From NCBI GenBank assembly GCA_963666485.2, contig CAXXUO010000001.1, positions 192,001 to 256,000 on the forward strand: a stretch of DNA of 64,000 bases, given 5' to 3'. The DNA comes from Syntrophorhabdaceae bacterium (GTDB taxonomy: Bacteria; Desulfobacterota; Syntrophorhabdia; Syntrophorhabdales; Syntrophorhabdaceae). Below the pieces are notes generated by a model. The model ran no database searches. It was not told the origin of the DNA and was given only the letters and a program-made list of their open reading frames with translations. Below, one piece after another: positions 1 through 13,664 of the stretch (position 1 is the first letter of the stretch; each line of letters starts with the position of its first letter). Made by a program: the position numbers and the translations under genes.

Positions 1-146
1 TTACCGGAAAATCAAGACAGGCTCATGCCGGACAGGGAACGGCTGGAAAGTATGTTCGGATGAACACAATATTCCCCAGAATCGGGATGCGCGAATGAAG
101 GTGTTTATTCTTTGAAGAACGTCCCCCTCCTTCCCGCTTCTTTTTT

Positions 147-1013
147 TCAATTGTCAGATTTCCACCGGCCGCCTTCCTCGGCGAATGTGCTCCACTGGTT
201 ACCGGAGAAGATGATGACCGCTGTTCCGCCACGCACGACAACGCGCTTGATATTCTTGAGGGAATCTTCCATATCCTTTGCGGCCTCCTGCGCGAATGCC
301 TTCGCCTCATCCGCGCTCATCCGGGCGAGAAGAAGGTCCGTCCTGGCGTTTGACCGTTCGGTCGACAGGCGCTTGACCGCGTCAAAATCGCCTTTCTTCA
401 GAGCGTTGATCTTTTCCTTCAGGACCTTTGCCTGCGGGCTGTCCTGTGCGGCCTTGCCCTTAAGGTCGGCAGTGACCGGCAATTCATTGAAAAGCGGGGC
501 GCTGAATTTTACAGAGAAGGATATCGTCGGTATCTCATCGTTTCCGGCACCCTTCTCGGTATACTCGGTTTCCCCCGAAACCCGTGTCTTTGAGACGGCA
601 AGGTTCTTGAAAAGCTTCTTTCCGGAATCGCTGCGGCTCAGGGTCGTGAGCGACATGCCCTGTCGGGAAGGCTTCCGGAGAATTGTCACAACCATCTTAC
701 TCTGGTCCGCCGGATCGAACTGGAGGAGGAGTCCGCGGACCTTGCCTTCTTTGGCCAGGGTCGTGACCGGCAGGAAGGCTATTCCCCGCAGGGACTCCTG
801 AGGAACCTTCCTGTCCGCCAGCACTATGCGGATCTCTTTCGGGCGGTCGAGCAATCCTTCGGCGTTGTCGTGGAATTGGGCATAAGCCTCTTTCAACTCG
901 ATCGTTTCATTATTGATCACGAGAGTGCCTTGCACCCTGCCGGGATCGATAGCGTGCGCCGCTTGAAAACACAACAGCAGAAGAATAAGAAAACTCAGAA
1001 CGGTTCTTGTCAT
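147..1013 (-). CDS. Hypothetical exported protein
   Basis: 288-aa ORF with a signal-peptide-like N-terminus (MTRTVLSFLILLLLCFQAAHA); family not recognised. Confidence 0.75.
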   Translation of the reverse strand: MTRTVLSFLILLLLCFQAAHAIDPGRVQGTLVINNETIELKEAYAQFHDNAEGLLDRPKEIRIVLADRKVPQESLRGIAFLPVTTLAKEGKVRGLLLQFDPADQSKMVVTILRKPSRQGMSLTTLSRSDSGKKLFKNLAVSKTRVSGETEYTEKGAGNDEIPTISFSVKFSAPLFNELPVTADLKGKAAQDSPQAKVLKEKINALKKGDFDAVKRLSTERSNARTDLLLARMSADEAKAFAQEAAKDMEDSLKNIKRVVVRGGTAVIIFSGNQWSTFAEEGGRWKSDN

Positions 1014-1042
1014 AGTTCCCCCAACGTAACCACTATTTTTCT

Positions 1043-1309
1043 CTACGTATGATCAAATATCAGCTGCTTTGCTTCGACGCCGTCAATAGCATTTAATTTC
1101 TGCGTGAATTCGTGAAAACGCGAATCGGCCCCCACAAATTCGACCAGCAGTATACCGCCGGTCGAGGCCTCTTTGTCGTCGAGCTCATGTAATCCTAACC
1201 GTGTCTTTATGTTGCCTCCAAAATCGGTTAGGACCTGCTGTACCGGCAGCGCACGCACCAGCCGCTCCGTGACGTGAATCCCGAGAATGAGGTGTTTAGC
1301 TTTCTTCAT
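1043..1309 (-). CDS. Small ACT-like protein, TM1266/iron-only hydrogenase system regulator-like
   Basis: 88 aa with the motif VQQVLTDFGGNIKTRLGLHE; GGAGG RBS upstream. Confidence 0.6.
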   Translation of the reverse strand: MKKAKHLILGIHVTERLVRALPVQQVLTDFGGNIKTRLGLHELDDKEASTGGILLVEFVGADSRFHEFTQKLNAIDGVEAKQLIFDHT

Positions 1310-1580
1310 AACGTAACCTCCTGAGATAATGGTATTGTGGTGTATGATAGAATTATATCACGTTTAGGCCGTTTCCCGGCTTCAACGTAATTCAATTTCG
1401 ACATGCCTGCCGTGCCTTCTTGGCCTGCCCTTATCAATTGCGTGCATTGGGGGTCATCACACATTGTGCGTGAGACAGGCTGCAAACAAGGAATGGCGAC
1501 AGCTTAAAGAAGATCTCGTCATGCAAGCGTTCCATTACACGACCTGACCCCATAATTCTTGCAAGCTGGCAGAAGGTGAC

Positions 1581-1612
1581 GAGATATTGACATATTCAGG
1601 AACGTACCCGGT
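1581..1612 (+). repeat. Module-boundary motif, degenerate full copy
   Basis: gagatattgacatattcaggaacgtacccgg aligns with the copies at 3883, 3963 and 4726. Confidence 0.65.
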
Positions 1613-1852
1613 TTACCGACTCACCTTCATACATATTGTGCGTGATAGGCCACGGTGCAAGATTACCCCACTGTGCTGAAATAACAACATATTTAGTCTT
1701 TCATGACTCTACCCCGTCTTGCAAAAGAGGAAGGTCTCGGAGGATAATTTTTAACAAGGGCAAGCCGGGTCCAGGCGTGACGTCACGACAGCTATTGATC
1801 CGTTGGTTGCCAACGAGACCGCGGGAAATTGCGGGAACCACAGGAGGGTGCA

Positions 1853-2671
1853 ATGATCGATACATTGACCAACTTTGACCGTTTTTTAACCGTTTATCTT
1901 ATTCCCGTCGGGTGGAAAGTTCTCGGTGCCATCGTCCTGTGGATAGCAGGAGGCTGGGCGATCAGGATTATCGGGAATCTTTCGGGAAAGGGAATGCGGG
2001 CGCAAAAATTGGATCCCACGCTCATTAAGTACTTCGATGCCACTATCCGGGTTATCCTCAAAATAGTCCTTGTCATAGCGATCCTTTCCATCTTCGGCAT
2101 CCAGACCACGTCCTTCGTGGCCCTGATCGCTGCTGCCGGCATCGCTATCGGGGCAGCTTGGGGAGGTCTCCTGGCAAATTTCGCGGCCGGCGCCTTTCTC
2201 ATTATTCTGAGGCCTTTTCATGTCGGGGACATGATCACGGCAGCCGGGATGACGGGCGATGTCAGGGAAATCGGACTATTCGCCACAACCATCGATACAG
2301 TAGACAATCTCCGTGTTGTTGTGGGCAACAACAAGATCCTGTCGGACAACATCGTCAACTATACGACCAACCCGTTCCGACGCGTCGACCTGAAAGCACA
2401 GCTTGCCCAGAGTGTGGACCCCAATGAAGCAGCGACGCGCCTCACGGAACGGGTAAAGAAGATACCAAACGTCGTGGAGTCTCCCGCCCCGTCCGTGGAG
2501 ATACTGGAATTCAACCTCGCCGGACCGGTGCTCGCTGTGCGCCCTTTCTGCCACAACAAAGATTACTGGCAAGTGTTCTTTGACACGAACAGGGCAATAC
2601 AGGAGGTTTGCGCAACGGCCGGCTATGCAGCGCCGTGGACGAACCGGGTGGTTTATCATAAACCCCTGTAA
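1853..2671 (+). CDS. mscS: Small-conductance mechanosensitive channel
   Basis: Three hydrophobic segments, LANFAAG and RPFHVGD motifs; ATG at 1853 after a GGAGG RBS. Confidence 0.9.
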   Translation: MIDTLTNFDRFLTVYLIPVGWKVLGAIVLWIAGGWAIRIIGNLSGKGMRAQKLDPTLIKYFDATIRVILKIVLVIAILSIFGIQTTSFVALIAAAGIAIGAAWGGLLANFAAGAFLIILRPFHVGDMITAAGMTGDVREIGLFATTIDTVDNLRVVVGNNKILSDNIVNYTTNPFRRVDLKAQLAQSVDPNEAATRLTERVKKIPNVVESPAPSVEILEFNLAGPVLAVRPFCHNKDYWQVFFDTNRAIQEVCATAGYAAPWTNRVVYHKPL

Positions 2672-2710
2672 TGCCTGATGTCAGGTCAAGGAGAGACAGC
2701 GGGAAGGCAG

Positions 2711-2733
2711 GGGACGTCCCTGACTTCCTGCAT
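2711..2733 (+). repeat. Module-boundary motif, core only
   Basis: gggacgtccctgacttcctgcat; 2715-2733 matches 4000-4018 at 18/19 positions. Confidence 0.7.
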
Positions 2734-2734
2734 G

Positions 2735-3220
2735 CTACTTTGCCAAACGTACGGGAAGAACTCTTTGAAAAAGGTTGGTTGACTGCTTGAGCCACATCCG
2801 TTTGCCGCCGAAGAATTCTAAACCGGCGACCTCAGAACCTCGCGTTTCGGACGCCAGCACCAGGTCGCATGAAAATCGGATCAATTTTGTCAGATGTTCC
2901 TCTCCACATTCAGACTGGTAGGTCTTGCTCCTGTCATACAGGCCGGCAAGTTCGTCCAGGGTCGGCATCCGCCAGTCTGTGTAGCCGCCGCCGCGAAAAT
3001 TCTGGCAATATGATCTGGCATTGGAATAGCTGATGTCGCTTCCGTTGTCCTTTGCCGCCCACATAAGATTGGTCCTCGTATCGAGAACCGTTCCGTTGTC
3101 GTAGGCGATAAAAGGGCCATCCCGACCCGTCTCTCCCGCCGTGACATATTGGGCAGCGATGATTCCTGCAAAAGCGGCCATTATCAGTACCGCCGCCATT
3201 GTTGCCGATGGTCTTCTCAT
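2735..3220 (-). CDS. DUF1566 (Lcl C-terminal) domain exported protein
   Basis: Signal peptide followed by NGTVLDTRTNLMW and GGYTDWRMPTLDEL signatures. Confidence 0.85.
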   Translation of the reverse strand: MRRPSATMAAVLIMAAFAGIIAAQYVTAGETGRDGPFIAYDNGTVLDTRTNLMWAAKDNGSDISYSNARSYCQNFRGGGYTDWRMPTLDELAGLYDRSKTYQSECGEEHLTKLIRFSCDLVLASETRGSEVAGLEFFGGKRMWLKQSTNLFQRVLPVRLAK

Positions 3221-3401
3221 ACCCGGACCCCCTTTCGCTTTATGTTTTCCACTTCAACTGCCTGACTTTTCTCAGGCATCAAAAATCATCCGATCTCCGG
3301 CCCTCCCTCTTAGCTGGCTCGTTAGGCTTGGACTTGACCCGGACAGACAGGACCGTCCTTTAAGGACGCCCTATCTTCCCTGTCTTCGAGGGGTCTTCCT
3401 G

Positions 3402-3710
3402 TTAATATTTGTCGGGATTGAAGTTGCCTTCATGACCGAAATGCTTTTTATTCGCATTTTTCTGAGCCGCTATGTCGCTCGCGCTGGCTCCGTTGTCATG
3501 CATCCTGGTAATGATCTTATCCGCGGCGTTCTTGCGCTTTTGATCCATATCTTTTTCTTTTTGCGTGGATTGACCTGACGTAGTGCCTGTTTTCGAAGTG
3601 TCCGCCGCCATTACATTCAATGCCTGACCGGCGAAAAAGCTGCATGATACGACTAATGCGCTCAACAAAACCAGGGTTCTTCCTTTCATGATCTCTCTCC
3701 TTCCGGGCAT
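3402..3710 (-). CDS. Small hypothetical exported protein (start possibly 3689)
   Basis: Signal-peptide-like MKGRTLVLLSALVVSCSFFAG followed by a hydrophilic tail. Confidence 0.65.
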   Translation of the reverse strand: MPGRREIMKGRTLVLLSALVVSCSFFAGQALNVMAADTSKTGTTSGQSTQKEKDMDQKRKNAADKIITRMHDNGASASDIAAQKNANKKHFGHEGNFNPDKY

Positions 3711-3882
3711 TTTTTGTGATTGAGTATATCAGAGCATGTACGGGTTTTCAATGCCAGGGTTGGCAAGGGCAAAAGCCTTCCTCAGGTTTGCTCAAATCCA
3801 GAGATCCCGGCGTCGTACCGACTCGTAGTCTTTTGCTGACCCCGTTCCCTTTCCCTTTCGCGGCCAATCGGCGACAAAAGGA

Positions 3883-4018
3883 GAGATATTGAGATATTTG
3901 AGGACGTCCCCGAGCCCCATTACGAACCCCCCTGAGAGATTCCCTGACCCGCAACGAGGGCCGAGATATTGGCATATCTAAGGACGTCCCCGAGTTCCTC
4001 GTCCCTGAGTTCCTGCAT
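3883..4018 (+). repeat. Two full boundary motifs (3883-3914, 3963-3999) plus a tandem core copy (4000-4018)
   Basis: gagatattgagatatttgaggacgtccccgag; gagatattggcatatctaaggacgtccccgagttcct; cgtccctgagttcctgcat. Confidence 0.85.
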
Positions 4019-4145
4019 CACCACTAGAGTTCTAAAATGGTGATATTGCAAGTTCTGATCTCATGTTTCTGTTGACATAATATCAGGAAATTCGTACACT
4101 CAAATCTCGAAACGAGTAAATTTTTGACCACAAAAGGGGAAACAG

Positions 4146-4490
4146 ATGAAAAAGCTGAACATAATGATGGGCGCTTCCATATTTCTTTTGGCAATATTCA
4201 TTGTTAACGCAACGGCGTACGAAAGAGTATACAGCTACGAGCCCGAAACAGAATATGTCGGGCAAGGGGTCGTTGATTTTAAGAATATAACACCAGAACA
4301 GTGCCTGGCGGCTTGCAAACGGGAAGGCCGGTGTGGGTATTATACCTGGTATCCTGCCGGCGCGCCATCAGCAAGCACCCGGTATTCCCCGGCTGAGAAC
4401 AAATATACGCGGTGTTTACTTATGATGGGCCCGTTCAAAAAGTACACGAAGAGGGCGGCCATCTCCGGCATGATACAGGAGAGCAGATAA
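4146..4490 (+). CDS. Exported PAN/apple-like domain protein
   Basis: Signal peptide; C-x3-C-x5-C-x4-W ... CLL ... ISG pattern. Confidence 0.7.
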   Translation: MKKLNIMMGASIFLLAIFIVNATAYERVYSYEPETEYVGQGVVDFKNITPEQCLAACKREGRCGYYTWYPAGAPSASTRYSPAENKYTRCLLMMGPFKKYTKRAAISGMIQESR

Positions 4491-4536
4491 CCAAGAGTTC
4501 TTCACGTGTCGAGAATCATGTCCGGTCCGCAGTACC

Positions 4537-4622
4537 GAAAATAAGGCGCCAAGTAAGGCGCCATATTTTTTTATAAAAAACTCAGTAACGACCTACTTTC
4601 CTACAGAGTCGCCCCTGCAGTA
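4537..4622 (-). pseudogene. Displaced copy of the 5S rRNA 3' end plus terminator
   Basis: 4587-4622 matches 6534-6569 at 34/36; the ggcgcc hairpin at 4544-4563 mirrors 6489-6508. Confidence 0.9.
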
Positions 4623-4636
4623 AGGGCGTCCCTGAC
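4621..4636 (+). repeat. Module-boundary motif core fused to the 5S fragment
   Basis: taagggcgtccctgac starts exactly where the 5S similarity ends. Confidence 0.7.
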
Positions 4637-4725
4637 TCTCTGACTATCCTAAGGACAGAAGGCCTAGATATTTCTCTAAAATCACCGAGGTTGTTCAATC
4701 GTAGGCTCTACCCCCTGTTTTGAGC

Positions 4726-4758
4726 AAATATTGACATATCCAAGGACGTCCCTCAGTT
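4726..4758 (+). repeat. Module-boundary motif, full copy
   Basis: aaatattgacatatccaaggacgtccctcagtt. Confidence 0.8.
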
Positions 4759-4849
4759 ACTTTTTAACGAACGCTCCTGGTCGCCCTATAATCTTTGGTA
4801 ACTCTGCCTGACTTTGTGTAAGATAAGGATCAGATGAGGAGATGCAATC

Positions 4850-5311
4850 ATGGATGAACTGACCGATTCCCATTCCTGGGCTGTAAAAGGGGATAAGCTT
4901 AGGGCGGACAAAAATTGGCCGGAGCTTATCAAACACTGTGAAAACTGGCTAAAAAAATACCCTGGAGAGCTCAGCGCTCAAATCCTTCTTGGGGAAGCAT
5001 ATAACAATGCAGGCCGATACCAGGAATCGATGGACCTCTATTTCAAAGTCGTTACAAAAAGACCCAATGATTATGCGACCTGGTATTTGCTCGGTTCTCT
5101 CGCTGTCAGAGTCGGGAAAACTGAGGAAGCTATCAACTACTTCTCAATGGCAGTCTACACGAACCGTGATATGGGGGCGACAATCAAATCGACGTACCCG
5201 GACCTTTACGAAAAAGTAAGAAAACAATCCGGTTCGAATAGAATATTGCGGCTTTGCGTCGGAATAATCATTCTTATCCTGTTTGCAATCGCGGTCTGGA
5301 TATTTTTCTAA
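4850..5311 (+). CDS. TPR protein with a C-terminal membrane anchor
   Basis: TPR-like helices (LGEAYNNAGRYQES, TWYLLGSL..GKTEEAI), hydrophobic C-terminus, GAGGAG RBS. Confidence 0.8.
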   Translation: MDELTDSHSWAVKGDKLRADKNWPELIKHCENWLKKYPGELSAQILLGEAYNNAGRYQESMDLYFKVVTKRPNDYATWYLLGSLAVRVGKTEEAINYFSMAVYTNRDMGATIKSTYPDLYEKVRKQSGSNRILRLCVGIIILILFAIAVWIFF

Positions 5312-5519
5312 ATTAATCACGTACATTCAACGCGTTCTTCCCCGCTGAGATTCAAGGGGCGTTGAAGCCCCCCAAACACTCCGGACAACTGAGTCAACAA
5401 CGCTCCCTTTTTTATATTGAGTGACTCGATATTCCAAAGTTAAGGATCTGCCCGATATATTACTTTTTAACGAACGTTCCTAATCACCCGAATTATTGAA
5501 GATCGTTCGAATCCTCTTC

Positions 5520-5969
5520 CTAGGGCAATGGGGGCATCTTGCCGGTGCTCTTCCCATCCTTCGCATATTTGAGGGCGATTCCGACTGTCATATCCTCCGG
5601 GCTGCCTTTTACAAGGATGCTGCTAAACCTTCCATTCCTTGTTTGTTCCGATTCCGGGTATTCAAGAACTATCTCGCCCTTCTCACTATACCAATGGGAT
5701 TCCAGTATCCTTGTCCCGCGCGGCTCGTTTGTACGGGCTTCGACCTTATCGAGGATCCTCTTGGTCTTCATGGCGGGCTCCGGTTTATCATTCACTGTCA
5801 GCCGCCAGTATGTGATCGTGTCCTTGTTCCTGGTGACACTGTCGGAGTCTATGTAGTATTTTGCCGTTATGCCAAGCATCGTATTGGTAGTAACATGCAC
5901 CCAGTTCGTCGCAAACGCACTACCGGAGAAGAAAAGAAATGCCAGGAAGCAGAAGATAACTTTTTTCAT
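5520..5969 (-). CDS. Exported protein, surface-adhesin E-like
   Basis: Signal peptide MKKVIFCFLAFLFFSGSAFA followed by NWV...YYIDSDSV...YW; GGAGG RBS. Confidence 0.7.
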   Translation of the reverse strand: MKKVIFCFLAFLFFSGSAFATNWVHVTTNTMLGITAKYYIDSDSVTRNKDTITYWRLTVNDKPEPAMKTKRILDKVEARTNEPRGTRILESHWYSEKGEIVLEYPESEQTRNGRFSSILVKGSPEDMTVGIALKYAKDGKSTGKMPPLP

Positions 5970-6147
5970 ACCGCGAACCTCCCTTATAAATGATTCCGGC
6001 GATCTCGGAGAACACATTCAGGCAACATGTCCGCTATATAATAAAAATCGATCGTCGCTCTTGCAATCAAATTAATGAGGCATGATGATCAATATTCGAC
6101 TCATTCTTTAAAAAAGCACTAAAAGCCCAAAATTTGAAGACGGAAAA

Positions 6148-6377
6148 CCTTGGATCCCGGTGTCAAGCACCGGGATCACGGCACGTAATAAAGGATAACG
6201 GGCTAAAATAAACAAATGATGGGCTAATAATAAAATATATAATTTCAAAGGCAAAGACACTGGATGGCAATGACAACCAACTGGATTCCCGCATTCGCGG
6301 GAATGACGGATTGTTAGGTTTCGTGGAAAGTTATTTTGTTGGATTTCTTGCGGATTATTCCGGCAAAGCCGGAATCA
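6148..6377. repeat. Cluster of REP-like palindromes (6148-6180, 6281-6308, 6352-6376)
   Basis: ccttggatcccggtgtcaagcaccgggatcacg; ctggattcccgcattcgcgggaatgacg; attccggcaaagccggaat. Confidence 0.8.
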
Positions 6378-6481
6378 ATAATAGTTTCAGCCGCAAGGCC
6401 TGAAATCCTTTTTGGTCCGGCCGAACGTCAGTAAAACTAGGATGTGCGCACCAGTCCGGCAGGCCGAGGTGCTTTTTTACG

Positions 6482-6515
6482 AAAAAAAAGGCGCCTTTTT
6501 GGGCGCCTGTTTTTT
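6482..6515 (-). terminator. Intrinsic terminator of the rrn operon
   Basis: aggcgcc-loop-ggcgcct stem flanked by A and T runs, immediately after 5S. Confidence 0.8.
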
Positions 6516-6526
6516 CGTAAAAAAAG

Positions 6527-6645
6527 ACCCGGCAACGACCTACTTTCCCACAGAGTCACCCCTGCAGTATCATCGGCGCGGTAGAGCTTAACTGCCGTGT
6601 TCGGGATGGGAACGGGTGTGGCCTCTACGCTATGGTCACCGGGAA
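6527..6645 (-). rRNA. rrf: 5S rRNA
   Basis: Reverse complement contains cccatcccgaacac and gaaagtaggtcgttgcc; ends approximate. Confidence 0.97.
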
Positions 6646-6705
6646 ACTTTTTGAATCTATAAATTTTTAGGACAACTATATACGTTATTGAAAATTTTTG
6701 ATTAA

Positions 6706-9709
<3,004 letters not shown>

Positions 9710-9766
9710 AAAAATCAAAAATTTTCAAAACATATATAGTTGTCAAAGAACATTCAAACCATTTAC

Positions 9767-9842
9767 TGGTGGAGGTGAACGGGATTGAACCGATGGCCTC
9801 CTGCGTGCAAGGCAGGCGCTCTCCCAGCTGAGCTACACCCCC
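9767..9842 (-). tRNA. tRNA-Ala(TGC)
   Basis: GGGGGTGTAGCTCAG...TTGCACG...CCTCCACCA, 76 nt, CCA encoded. Confidence 0.97.
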
Positions 9843-9926
9843 AGAAGTGCTGCAGTATATTTTTCAGAGTTCGGAGTTCGGATTAACATCTGATCTCCTA
9901 TCGAATAAACTCATCACTGCCTATAA

Positions 9927-10000
<74 letters not shown>

Positions 10001-10059
10001 CAAGGTACAAATGATTCTTATTATAATAACTAAATAGCAGGCCCACGTCGTCATCGTCT

Positions 10060-11624
<1,565 letters not shown>

Positions 11625-11718
11625 AACCTGAACTTTACATCAAATTTCTGAATTAGACGTGGACCTGCTATTTAATTACTATTTTCAAAGAACAACGTTC
11701 AACCTTGAAGCAAGGATA

Positions 11719-11746
11719 ATTATACTTATTTTCTGGAGGATGTCAA
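11719..11746 (-). promoter_or_regulatory. rrn sigma70 promoter
   Basis: TTGACA-16 nt-TATAAT on the minus strand; boxA-like GTTCTTTGAA at 11684-11693. Confidence 0.85.
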
Positions 11747-11983
11747 GCGATGTTCTAAAAAAAATGCGTGAAAAATGGCGAATTGGCATCATAGATGCAT
11801 AGTCAGCTGATATCATAGGCGAAAGATGATCGAAATTTTCGTCCAATAACCCGGAAAATGGCTCCGTTATTAATAATTCTTACAAGTGACCGATAAAAAT
11901 ATGTGGTCTGAAGGCATCACGAACCCTTATTGTCACGGGTCGTGGGCATAAAGGACGGCAGATACAATACCAAGGAGATGTCC

Positions 11984-13624
11984 ATGAGAAACCTCAAGAT
12001 CAGTACCAAACTCGGAATCGGCGCGATAATTCTGATGGTCCTCATCACCATCCTGGGTTTTACCGGGTACTACTACCTCGAAAGGTCTTCCCGTTCGGTC
12101 GACCATATCGTAAAGAACAATTACGGGAGAATAGTAGCATTCAGACAGGTCCAGGACGCCGTGGATACCATTGATAAAGCGATGCTCAGTATAGCAGTGA
12201 CCAGAGACAAGTCGCTGAAGGAAGCCGAGAAAGCCCGTATCGACAAGGCCAGGGTATCCTACGGCGAGGCCATGAAAAAGATCGAGGGCGTTATGGCGAA
12301 TGTAAAGGACCCGAAAGTAAAGGCTCAATTCGGGGACCTGCTTGATAAGGTAAAAGAACAGCTGGGCAAGGGAAAGGAATATAACGTCAGGCTGGTAAAG
12401 CTTGCGATGGAAGGCAAGAATGATGAAGCGGCCGCGATATGGTCGGAACATACAAGCACTATTTCAGTCACTATAGACGGTCTCTTCAAGGAGCTTGTCA
12501 AAGTCAGTGAAGAGCGGATCGAGTCCCGTTTTCAGGAACTCACAAAACAAACGACGAGTGCAGAGATCGTCTTTGCCATTATCTCTCTCATCATAATGGC
12601 CCTGATAGCCGGAGGAACTTTCTTTGTCATAAGGACCCTTACCCATTCACTGCGGGAAGGCGTCAACGTCGCAAACAGGCTTGCCGAAGGGGACCTGACG
12701 GTTGACGTCAATGTCACCAACAGGGACGAGATCGGCGACCTTCTCGAATCAATGGGGAACATGGTCCGGAAATGGCGCGGCGTTGTGCACGAGATCAATG
12801 CATCAGCCGACAATATCGCGTCGGCCAGCCATCAGTTGAGCGCAAGCGCCGTACAGATGTCCAGAGGTTCCGGGGAACAGGCCCAGAGGTCCCTGCAGGT
12901 TGCCGCAGCATCCGAAGAGATGAGCCAGACGGTCATCGATGTTGCCCGTAATACAGGAAACATAGCGATGTCCAGCCAGGAAACGGTCGAGGTCGCGAAG
13001 AACGGTAAAGAGGTCGTCGACATGGCGGTACGCGAGGTACAGGAAATAGCCAGTACGGTCGATGCGTCTGCAACAATGGTCCGGTCCTTAGGTGAGCTCT
13101 CAAAACAGATCGGGGCTATCGTAAATGTCATCAATGAGATTGCCGACCAGACGAACCTCCTGGCGCTCAACGCCGCTATCGAGGCGGCGCGCGCCGGCGA
13201 ACATGGCCGTGGATTCGCCGTTGTCGCAGACGAGGTAAAGAAGCTGGCCGAGCGGACCGGCAGTTCGACGGCGGAGATCGCCGACATGATCGCCAATATA
13301 CAGAAAGAGGTCATCCGGGCCGTCGAGGCCATGGAGGAGGTAAAGCAGAAGGTGTCGTCCGGCACCACGCTTTCCGGGCAGGCGGGCAGTGCACTCAATG
13401 ATATCGTCAGGCAGGTGGACGACCTTCAGCTCATGGTCCAGCAGATCGCATCCGCAACGGAGGAAATGACGGCGACATCGGAAGGGATAAGCAAGGATAT
13501 CGATTCGATAGCGACGATATCCAAGGAGACATCGTCGGCATCGGAACAGGTATCGGAGGCTTCCGACGAGCTCTCCCGCCTGTCGGTCAGCCTTCAGGGA
13601 GTCGTCCGGGAATTCAGGGTTTAA
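11984..13624 (+). CDS. Methyl-accepting chemotaxis protein
   Basis: Two TM helices, HAMP domain, IADQTNLLALNAAIEAARAGEHGRGFAVVADEV hairpin; AAGGAG RBS. Confidence 0.95.
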   Translation: MRNLKISTKLGIGAIILMVLITILGFTGYYYLERSSRSVDHIVKNNYGRIVAFRQVQDAVDTIDKAMLSIAVTRDKSLKEAEKARIDKARVSYGEAMKKIEGVMANVKDPKVKAQFGDLLDKVKEQLGKGKEYNVRLVKLAMEGKNDEAAAIWSEHTSTISVTIDGLFKELVKVSEERIESRFQELTKQTTSAEIVFAIISLIIMALIAGGTFFVIRTLTHSLREGVNVANRLAEGDLTVDVNVTNRDEIGDLLESMGNMVRKWRGVVHEINASADNIASASHQLSASAVQMSRGSGEQAQRSLQVAAASEEMSQTVIDVARNTGNIAMSSQETVEVAKNGKEVVDMAVREVQEIASTVDASATMVRSLGELSKQIGAIVNVINEIADQTNLLALNAAIEAARAGEHGRGFAVVADEVKKLAERTGSSTAEIADMIANIQKEVIRAVEAMEEVKQKVSSGTTLSGQAGSALNDIVRQVDDLQLMVQQIASATEEMTATSEGISKDIDSIATISKETSSASEQVSEASDELSRLSVSLQGVVREFRV

Positions 13625-13664
13625 GCCTGGTTTAAAATATGCCGCATGACGGCGGCCGGCGTTT

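Noticed and set aside
1581..6017. Integron cassette array or CRISPR array
   Set aside because: No intI or cas gene and no attC-type palindromes seen; gene orientations are mixed and spacing between repeats is gene-sized and irregular.
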